Of a stretch of 64,000 nt of DNA, positions 39,001 to 48,591 are shown one piece after another. Under the pieces are notes generated by a model, which made no database searches, was not told the origin of the DNA, and saw only the letters and a list, made by a program, of their open reading frames with translations. The translations under genes and the position numbers were made by a program. How positions within the stretch are numbered: position 1 is the stretch's first letter; every line of letters starts with the position of its first letter. Source of the stretch: Parasitella parasitica NRRL 2501 (Eukaryota > Fungi > Mucoromycota); assembly GCA_025201805.1 (NCBI GenBank), contig MU619376.1:1-64000 (forward strand), read 5' to 3'.

Positions 39001-39927
39001 TTTATTAGGAATTGAAAACCCAGTGGAGAGGCGTCGCGCACTACATTTGGCATGCTGCATGCTGCCCAGATGTAATCGCGCCACTATGGAAGTCTTGTTT
39101 GTCTTTTTTAGATGGGTTGCGTCGTTTTCTCATGTCACTGGGGATGTTGGCAGTCGAATGGATATTCCCAACTTGGCCAGGGTGATTGCACCCAATATTT
39201 TGACAGCAAATTCAAAGGATCCTCTCAAAGATGACTCGTTTGCATCGATTCGCGTAATAGAGGTCTTGTTAGAGTCCCACGAAGAGTTTTGTTTGGTAAC
39301 GTATCTGCGCAAAGTAAACGATAGCCGTTGTACTTACAGTCTCATTAGGTCCCTGATGACCTGGAAATTTTCCTGGAAGACCCTAACCTCAGCGATGTGG
39401 ATATCTCGCCCAAAGAATTTTTGAAAAGAGTCGAGCAAACAGTCAAGCATAAGAATCCAAGCAGCCTCAACCTAAATGGAGGAGGCGCATCATCCAAAGC
39501 CAGTATGCATTCCAGCAACCCTACCTCCAATGCCGAAGGAGCCAAGCTCTTTGATGGCACTGTCACCGATGGTCGCCAGCACCCTCCAACATCCATTTAT
39601 GCGCAGCAGCAGTATCTACCATATACCAACAACCATCCTAACTCTGATTTTGTGCCGCAACAGCTGAACATGAGGTACCACCAGCCTGGCAGTCCTGTTC
39701 CTGCTCCTCCTCGTCGCATGGATAGTCATGAGTCGTTTACCTCTATAAATTCCCATCATCCAATTAACAATATAGACCAACATCTCCCTCCGCCACAGCA
39801 TAGATTTGTACCTCAACATAACAATTATCAGCAACAGCATCACCATCATAATGATCAACCTCCTCTCAATACGGCACCTACTTCCACTTCGTCTCAGGCT
39901 GCCAACATTATTCCTACCCAATTTTAA
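36069..39927 (+). CDS. LIM-domain Rho GTPase-activating protein (LRG1-like)
   Basis: Multiple LIM domains (CxxC..FHPECF), TFGVPL, VEGVFRKNGNIRRL, VAALLKRFLRDLPDPLL, MDIPNLARVIAPNIL. Confidence 0.9.
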
Positions 39928-41934
39928 ACAGATAATATAATGCCCCTGCGTCTTTCTGTACAATATATACATATATACACTTTTTCTTTTTTTTTTTTTT
40001 TTGTTTTTCCCAAATTTAATCATTCAAGATTACCTTAAGCAATTGGCTATTGCTTCATATTGTGGGCGATTGAATCTCTGTTGGATTTTTCAAAAATAAC
40101 GTATAGATTGATCCCCGCTAGTTAGCTTCAGTTATGTAAGACTGATCAGCCCACAAATTATAATGAGAAATGGCCAGTTGCAATGAGCCACAACGAACTT
40201 TTTTACATGTCAAATTCTCCAAAATAAAATAAAATAAAATGGAATTTGCATTACCTGATGTGGATGTGGGCAGAATACCTTTGTAGTCAGGTATGAGGAA
40301 ATCATGTAAACATGACACTATAAAGCAGCGCCAGGCATCAAGTGTCTTTTGCACCAAATACAAATACAACATTGTGCAAGTGGGAAAAAGAAAGTTTAAA
40401 CAGTTGATTGATTGGTGAGCAATCAGCTAATATTCGTTGGAAAATTACGGGCAATAGTAATGCAAATTAGTAATCTCCAAGACCTCCCTTGGGGATGTAA
40501 TGATTCCACGCAATGCGACACTTACTTTATTCGAATTTGGTTGGTATAACACAAGCATTTTTTGGGCTTAACACTGTATATTGCTACGCATTAGGCAAAT
40601 ATATATCATGGCTGCTCTTTATATATTCGTGATGAATTAAATTTCTACATGAAAATAAACATATAATTCAACTGTTACTCAAAGGTGCCGGATATTATTG
40701 GGCTGTAAAAAAATGGCATGTCGCACAACAATAACATGATGTTTTCAAGACTCAAATCAATGAGCATACAAATCCATAAATCAAGATATGCCCCGTATTG
40801 ATCGAGTGCCAAAATTGGTACCATTATCCTTCTGTAATATTTTTGAAAAGCAGTGGTGCAGCCATTTAAGCGCAGTTGGTATATGGTGTTGAACAATTTC
40901 ATGTCTTTTCTCGGGATTAATCAGTGTTCACAACACAACGAGAAATTGCGGAGGCCTTGATACTTGTGTTCCCGCTAAAGTAAGCGCGGGGAAAGCCAAA
41001 AAATTATACTAGTAGTTTGTGTGATCTCCCTATGGTAGGCTACATAATTTAGGTGCTGTTTGATATTACGGGCACTATTTATTCTGTTAATACAGATATA
41101 GACTTTGATGTACTGTTATGTTTTAGCGATATACGAGGATGCGGATGTTTTATAGGGCTTTCAGGGTGTCTTTCAATTGATAGAAATAATGTGGGGTAAA
41201 TATATGAAGATGGGTCCGATCTTTCTGTTGACAATTTTGTTAAAGTCTAGTCCTGAATAGTACACGATGATTGGTCTGCTTAATCAGTTTTCGTGGCAGT
41301 GGATAATCGTTTATTCGTTTGATGGATATACATTTAAACATGACATTTATCAGAATATTTAGACGCAAACACGGCGCAAAGTATCCATCGAGAAACTAGG
41401 TTGACTTTGATGCCATCATATATTGTTTGCAGCTTTCTACTGCACTGCACAAGTTTTGTGAACTGCATGATTGCCAGGTATTTGTGAAATGGCAAATTGC
41501 GGCAAAAAATGGGTAAAACAGAGAATTTTCGTGGTGAAATGGGACTCAGCCGTATAATGGATATATGGAAAAAGGGGTTTGTCAGGGCAAATGCAAAGAA
41601 GGTTTTGAGTTACCCATGTGATACTTAGATGCTCGTTGAAATGAATACAGTTGTGTATAAACACCACGATGAAGTATAAGAGGAATGCGAACCTGTATAT
41701 GTGGTTAATAGGCAGCGTGGAGAACTAGACCTTGCATGAGGTGCTTATGCTCGACACAGCCAACTGTAAAGAATAAACGGATCAAGAGCATAAACTTGAT
41801 TATAAATAAAAAATTCATCATCGTCTTCCCCGTGAAAATTCCGGGTTTAGCAAAGTTGCGAGCCCCCCGCAAAGTAAATAAAAAAGGGTCAGATTTGATT
41901 TGAACCTTTTCTCTCTCTTTTCACTTATTACAAA

Positions 41935-42951
41935 ATGACAGACATTAATTACAAAAGCGACCCACCACTTTACGACCTCCAAGATGTAATCCAACAGTAC
42001 CAATCACAACCAGAGTTGCTCAAACTGATTTTAACAAGCAAAGTAGAGGAAGACAAACGAAGAGCTGAGGAAGCAAAATTGCGTGCAAAGGAGCTCGATC
42101 TTTACTTTCAGCACAAGCGCAAGAAATCACACAAAATACTGCCTTCCATTTCACCCTCATTGAAAAAGGCTCGCTCTGCTTCATACGCTATCCCGCCTCA
42201 ACAAGCATCTGCCTTTGGCACTCCTTTCTCTGGTACTTCTGCTGGATCTGCATACCGCAGCCACCATTCCTCGATCTCATCCACGTCTTCCTTGTCCGGC
42301 TCAGTCTCATCATTGTCAGAACTTGAAAATGAGGACGAGGAAGAACAGGGTCATTTGGATCATCAACAACGTAGACACTCTGCTGCCGCTGCCATGCTGG
42401 CCATGGGAGGCGCTGCAATGAGCGACTCCAATATTGAAACCATCTCAAATGCCTATCCGTCGCCCATTGACGAGCATTTCAGTGATGGGAAAGAAGAAGA
42501 AGACGAAGACCTGAATAAGCCCCGTCGAAGACGGGAAATGCAACCCATCACTAAAATTGTGGAAACAAGAGAGTTTCCCTACGTTGACAATTATTTTTGG
42601 AAAAATAATGGCAATACTGTCCAAAAGAAAACAGGCTGCAAGAGCATCTATTACAAATGCTCTAATAGTAACAAGGTACGATCGCAACGGGATTTGGCGG
42701 GGGGGAGAGTTGGATTAACGGGTTTCCCCGTGATTCATTTTATTGGTCTTGATGGCATATGAAATTCATGCTTATTGGGTTTTCACACGACTGTTCATTG
42801 GATGCTTTGACTAATGTAAAGTCTTTATATGTAATAGGGGTGCTCTGTAAACAAAACTGTAACCGCTAGACCGAACGGTGAATATCTTATAAAATACAGA
42901 GGCTGCCATCTACAGGAATGCGGCAGAGTTGAAAGAATACGAGATTTATAA
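41935..42951 (+). CDS. Fungal WRKY-like transcription factor (WKNNGNT type)
   Basis: DNYFWKNNGNT..IYYKCSNSNK^GCSVNKTV...IKYRGCHLQEC, with intron about 42676-42837. Confidence 0.8.
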
Positions 42952-43445
42952 GACCAAGTCGAAAAGATATAATATACCAGAATCATTCAGCAATATTCAT
43001 TCATCAAGCCATACAAACAATTGTAATTTAGCTCTCTCTCTCTCTCTCTCTACCGTCCCTTCTCTGAATCATACATTATTACATTCAATTATAAAATAAA
43101 ATAAAATAACCGACTCAACAAACATTTCTATTTTACACTTTTTGTATAATTATTTCACATACAACATGTCGAACGATTACAACACACTGGTCAGATTGCC
43201 TGGTTCCACGTTGGATCCCTGTACACAGCTGGTGTTGTATGACACTAATCCTCCATTATCAACATCAGCACCATCCGTACCATCGGCATCGTTGGCTGTC
43301 AGTCCAAACAAGAGATTGCCTCCACTAAAACGTCAACATAAACCACCGGCCATCATTATAACGAACGATAAGCAGAACAGTGTTAGCAGAGATGAGGACT
43401 ATTCGCCCTGGTCTGGATGAAGCTTATCCATCAGTAATCTCTTTA

Positions 43446-43790
43446 TGTTGGATACGGGTTTAGATGTAGCACATGGACACTATATGAGTTAAACTTTGTA
43501 TTCAACATTGTTATTAATATTAAAGTCATGATGTAATGAAGTACAGTTATCTCGTAGTAAAAGGGTAGAATGATGTACTGTATTAATGTCAAGTTGGCAT
43601 TTCTATATGCTAACATTGCTATCTGGGCCATTACTAACTGTATAATATACGTGGATACTATTGGACAAGTAGTAATTGACAGTAATGTATGGGGGTAAGT
43701 TTACGGTGATAAACTTCTTTATGATGATAGATGTTGATCAGACACTTCTGATCAATTGTGATTAGTAAAACTAACTATGCTTTTAATTAT
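43446..43790 (+). repeat. LTR-like repeat family (related minus copies about 46225-46445 and 7220-7330)
   Basis: Starts TGTTGG. Shared block AAGGGTAGAATGATGTACT..TTAATG..AACATTGCTATC. Confidence 0.6.
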
Positions 43791-43796
43791 TTACTA

Positions 43797-46221
43797 CTAG
43801 CTGACCTGCTCGCTTCGCTCACGACAGCCATCGTCGCCCTATCGAGAGTGCAATCTCTTGATAAATATTTAATGTTCTCTTATTACTTTCAACAGATCAA
43901 ATCTTTGCATGCACATTACTGACAGACTGGCAGGCTCATTGGCGCGTTATTTTCGATGGCATCCTGTTTCTCCCTCACTCAGTCCTACAGCGTACTGTCC
44001 GTTCCTTCTCCCGACCGGAAGATGAGCTACGGTCCGATCTTTAGATCTTTGGTCTTTTACATGTTATTTCCTTGACTCTCTTCATTTATACTATTTAATA
44101 CTATTTCCTTATATATACCCACATCAATCTTTTTATTCCCTCAATATGACAGTTTAAGGGCTTTAAATAAAGGAGGCAAAACTCCCCTATGAAAAAAAAA
44201 AAAAAAAAAAATAGTTCTTTTACTGTTGTTATATATGAAAGTCGGGCTGGCCAAACCTTCTTACGATGTTGATGGCGTTCTGTATAGCTGCTGCATATAA
44301 CGTGCTAATCTAATAAATGAACTTGGCAAAATTATTCTACTTCCAACTATACTCAAATCGGTGGATCCATCTTCCAATCTTATTGCATCCTCTAAACTGC
44401 TCAGTTAATGAGATCTTGGTAACTTTTGATTGTGTCTAAGAAACTGAAGATATTGTAGCTCAATCTTGGCGTATATATCCACTATTTAACCGCTGAAACA
44501 AATTGCCAATAAACGAAGATAACGATTGCCACCTCTAATCACTAATGTAAAAAAAAGCATAGTAGTTCATAGTAGTTACATTTTTGCTACTCAAAGAGAT
44601 GGTCTTAATATTCCAATATGCGGTGCCATTATGAAACATCAAGACATAGGCCATCGCGTCATACCATTGATTCAATTCACTTATTCTCTAAAGAGAACTT
44701 CCAGTTATAGGTCGAATTACAATTTCTATTGTTGTTTCTGGGTTATCGTCTCCAACAATGAGCACACCAATCTCGGTAGTTGGTGTGTTGTATCTCCTTT
44801 GATCTGGTGTACCTTCAGCTCTAAATACTGTAACATTGAAACATCAAGAACAAAGTTAGGGTCCTCTGCAATTAATCGAGCCATTGACTTGAAGTCATGA
44901 ACAAAACGATTTATGTCATGCATCAGTGCTTGAGGTTGGTCAAGGAGGTGATGTTAAAATGCTGGTTATGAGCGTGGCGGTTTCGAATCTCATTTCCTGA
45001 GTAGAGGATATAAATTTGAAGCAAATTTAGGTGCCTCGTCTACTCCTGGATGCAATGTTCTAATTCTATGATAAAGGCTGCCATGAATTCTAAATGAATG
45101 GCAACCTGCAGATGCATTGGTTATTGTCGAATTAAGGGTACAACCTAGTGAGGCGAACCTCAAAGCACTATTGTAAGCTCTTAGGTTTGACCTAAACTCC
45201 TTGCTTTTTCCGTCTGATCCTCTCAATAAATTGGCAACCAACTCAGGCAACTCAAGCAAAGGGTCAATAACATACTTACCTTGCCACAGCACAAAGAGAA
45301 ATCGGGATTTGTACTGGTGCCTCCATTCTTCTCTGAAGCCTACATGCATGCTTGACAATGGCGACAGATGCTATTCATTCCACCAAGATCATGGCGTTCG
45401 GTGACAGAGGGTGTATCTCTTCTGGCCATGTTGTGAGTATTGTTGTGCGTCGAGTTGGCGCACAATCTACTGGTAAATCGCAAATGACCTTCTTGTCCAA
45501 AGCTTGAACAAACACGACTGCTGGTTGTTGCATTATTAGCGCTGATTGTTTCTATTTGCTGATCTGATCTACTTCCATAGCTTTAGGTTGAGATCCTAGT
45601 TTATACAAAAAATTCGATTATGATTGTAAAATGAAAACATATTTGTGGCATACGATTAGCAATGTTGTTAGCGCAATCACAATAAAAAGATCGACGATAG
45701 CCTATACCACCACAACTTGCGCAAAGCCTGCTTGTAAAAAGTAAATGGCCTTTTTGACCACAGCTTGAGCAGATTCTGGTAGCAGGCATTTTGTGTTCGT
45801 AGTAATAAAATGTGCCAACATATTATTAAATAGAACAGAGTGTACAACTTAAAAAATCGCCTTTGCTGGTTAGACCATATCCAATTTCGAGAGATTTGTC
45901 CGACCTTCAACATTATTCATTCTGTTTAGAGAGATTTTATTTTAAATGAAAATACATGTCAACTTATTTGCGTTGTTTCATACGCACATGTTTTACTTCT
46001 AATTTTTGTGAAATGTTTACGTATTTTCAATTAGTTTCAGAAAATGACGTTGTGCCTGAACTGAGAAACCAACTAAAAGGAATTAGCTCCATTTCTTCTT
46101 TGTGTAAGTTTGTTTTATTGATAGAATAAACTGACTTGGAATTTGACAGTTTCTACGAAGCGTATATAAAAAAAATTAGCAGACTGGCAGACTCCCCTTT
46201 TTGAATTATTATTTTGATTGA
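43797..46221 (-). mobile_element. Helitron A, internally deleted (Rep/helicase N-terminal remnant)
   Basis: 3' end ...GAGCGAAGCGAGCAGGTCAGCTAG. ORF remnants YNSALRFASLG..SFRIHGSLYHRI..L.P (44990-45358), MHDINRFVHDFKSMA and N-terminal CxxC knuckles (45601-45789). The 5' TC near 46221 is tentative. Confidence 0.75.
43895..44211 (+). mobile_element. 5'-truncated non-LTR retrotransposon (LINE) tail with poly(A)
   Basis: Matches the LINE at about 57820-57900 (QIFACTLL..WQAHWR.IFD). A20 tail at 44192-44211. Confidence 0.7.
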
Positions 46222-46724
46222 TTGACAATTAGATTTACTATCACAATTCATCTGACACTTCTGATCAACATCAATCATCGTAAAAGAGTTTATCACCATA
46301 AGCTTACCTCCATACATTGCTATTTGTCCAGTAATATCCACGTATAGTACTTGGTAAGTAATGGCCCAGATAGCAATGTTAGTAATTAGAAATACCAACT
46401 TGACATTAACATAGTACATCATTCTACCCTTTTACTTTATCACTGTATAATATCTATCTTTTACGGACGTGAACAACCTCCCCTAAATAGGCTTTTATAC
46501 AAGAACTCTATTCTACCGCAACACTTATATAAAGGTAAGCAATTTAACATTTTTCCATCTTTGTCTACATCAACTGTAGACTCAATCCCATCGACCGGAG
46601 CAACCCCATTTCATCCTTTTTAAATAGTGTTATCAACGTTCAATTCAGTAGATCCTGACAGTGGCCATAAACAATCGAAGAATTAAAACCCCAAGATCGC
46701 GATCAATCTCAACCAAAACGCAAG

Positions 46725-47462
46725 ATGTCTTCTCCCCACGATGAGTTACCCCACGATGATTCAACTTCCAGTTTACTTTCCGGAGACTTTAATTCTAGTA
46801 CTCAGCATAGAATAAGCCCATCCAGCACTCACAGTGTAGCTCCGAGTGGAACCATGGAGACATACACTTCCAACGTGTCTCGTAGCATCGGTCACTTGGC
46901 TCATGGAGCCGACACCCCTGACGTTTCCGTTGAGAGTAACCTCTCGTCTCTGGATTTCCGCCTTGACAAGTCCCTCAACCAAATACCATCTGACTTAATT
47001 CGTAGTAACGTTATGTCCATCGAAGAGCGAAACGCGGTGTTACAAGCTCTCTTCGCGACTGTCCCTGGAACCCTTGATGACAGAGACAAGTCCGCCATCT
47101 TATTCTTCATCTGCTCTGTCGCCGTAATGAACGGTACTTCTGACATGGGCCTATACGGAGGGTCTACCATCTTACCTGGTGGCGGAGTATTTCACATGTG
47201 CGCTGTTCCCTCTTGCACGGATTACGCTATACGGCGTTTCTTCCGCTCATTGGCGGCAATTACGTACGAGATGCTCGAAAGCAACCACGAGTTGGCTTCT
47301 GCCGCTGCGGAGAAATGGGGTATGCCAAGCTCCCTTAAGTGCTTTGCATTTGACTATGCCGATGCTTTGACTGGTCTGCCCACCGAGACTCGTCGTCTGA
47401 TCCAGGAGTTCAAGCGCCGCCGCATCCTTGCTGCTAATGCTAGACGAAGAGTTCGTCGATAA
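46725..47462 (+). CDS. Endogenous viral element: filamentous +ssRNA virus-type coat protein (poty/flexi/clostero-like fold)
   Basis: Ordered motifs MNGTS, AIRRFFRSLA, KWG..., CFAFDYAD correspond to NGTS, (T)LRQ/RF.R.FA and AFDF of filamentous CPs. Disordered Ser-rich N-terminus, basic C-terminus, intact, intronless, GC-richer than flanks. Confidence 0.7.
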   Translation: MSSPHDELPHDDSTSSLLSGDFNSSTQHRISPSSTHSVAPSGTMETYTSNVSRSIGHLAHGADTPDVSVESNLSSLDFRLDKSLNQIPSDLIRSNVMSIEERNAVLQALFATVPGTLDDRDKSAILFFICSVAVMNGTSDMGLYGGSTILPGGGVFHMCAVPSCTDYAIRRFFRSLAAITYEMLESNHELASAAAEKWGMPSSLKCFAFDYADALTGLPTETRRLIQEFKRRRILAANARRRVRR

Positions 47463-47734
47463 GGTCATTCTTGGGATGATCGCCGTCCAAATGACGGGCG
47501 CACTGAACAATAGCGCATCAATTATGCTAAATCTTTCAACAGATCATTGCTTTTTTTTTTTTTTTTTTTTTTTTTTTTCTGAGACTAAATTAAATGTCCA
47601 AATGAAAGTAACCGATTAGGAAGACTTGTAAACATTCACTACCAGTGCACATAGTATGATATGTCATCATGTGACGAGTTATACCGACGACAAGGTGAGG
47701 TATGCTAAAGTATAGAGGTTGATCGAGCTTAGTA

Positions 47735-48218
47735 AGACGCACGAGAGACGTATTACGCTTGTCTGAACCTTGAACCCATGGACGGTGCCGACAAATTTAT
47801 GACCAAGGATGACCAACTCAGTTTATCCGCTTGCAGAGAAGGCATAAGCAATTGAACATTGGGATCTTTCAACAATTGCTTGAGTGATGCCTATCGTTTT
47901 ATGACAAGAGTCGACAATTTCAAACATGGGAAAGATACTGTCACCATTCTTTCGTTGGCAAACCTTAAACAGCATGCGGCAGATATTCTGAGGACATCTA
48001 CGGGAAACAAACATTTGATGTACGGGTTTGACGTGGGGCAAATCCACGTACCTCAATTGAAAAGGTTTCTTTCGGTCGATATATCTAATTTGCAAACTGT
48101 CACCGAACAACAAGACCTTCTTAGGTTTGCAGTACGCAATAAGAGATTGAACCGTTCCTGGATAAACAAGGTTCTATCCCGAGAACTCCGGATAACAATG
48201 CATGAGAAGGAGTGTTGA
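47735..48218 (+). pseudogene. Second Helitron B cargo, coding-like, unknown family
   Basis: Frame DARETYYACLNLEPM...ISN*TLGSFNNC...HEKEC with a single stop. Confidence 0.3.
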
Positions 48219-48591
48219 AAGTAATAAAAGAACATTAAATATTTATCAAGAGATTGTACTCCCGATAGGGCGACGATAGCTGTCGTGAGCGAAGCGAGCA
48301 GGTCAGCTAGTAGTAATAATTTAGATCAGAGTAAGAAATATTAGAATTAGGCAGATATTTTCACTACTGTCACAAGATCTGGTAAGAGTTGAACCTCTTT
48401 ATAATAACTGGATGTTTCATGTAAAGTGAGACATCTTGTAATGTGAATCATTACCCATGCCTGCCCATCAATAACAGTTGTCTGTCGTATTTCAAAATTT
48501 CACAAGAGATTGGTGTCTCAATGACGAAGATCATTCTTTTTAAAATCTGTAGATTTAGAGAACAGAATTTTCTATTGTTATTGTAAAAAAA

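Larger units (their letters stand above)
46453..48310 (+). mobile_element. Helitron B, non-autonomous, carrying the viral coat protein ORF
   Basis: Same about 100-bp 3' terminus as Helitron A, ending CTAG|T. Candidate 5' A|TC at 46453 is tentative. Confidence 0.6.

Noticed and set aside
40969-41012. Hairpin followed by CTAG resembling a Helitron 3' end
   Set aside because: Imperfect stem, no similarity to the other Helitron ends and no supporting 5' end.
43166-43420. Small Pro/Ser-rich ORF before the TE block
   Set aside because: Low complexity and no recognisable domain. It may be real but cannot be supported from sequence alone.
43446-48476. One solo LTR (TGTTGG...ATAACA) split by the Helitron pair
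   Set aside because: The flanking 5-mers (CTTTA versus GTTGT) do not form a TSD, so it cannot be supported.
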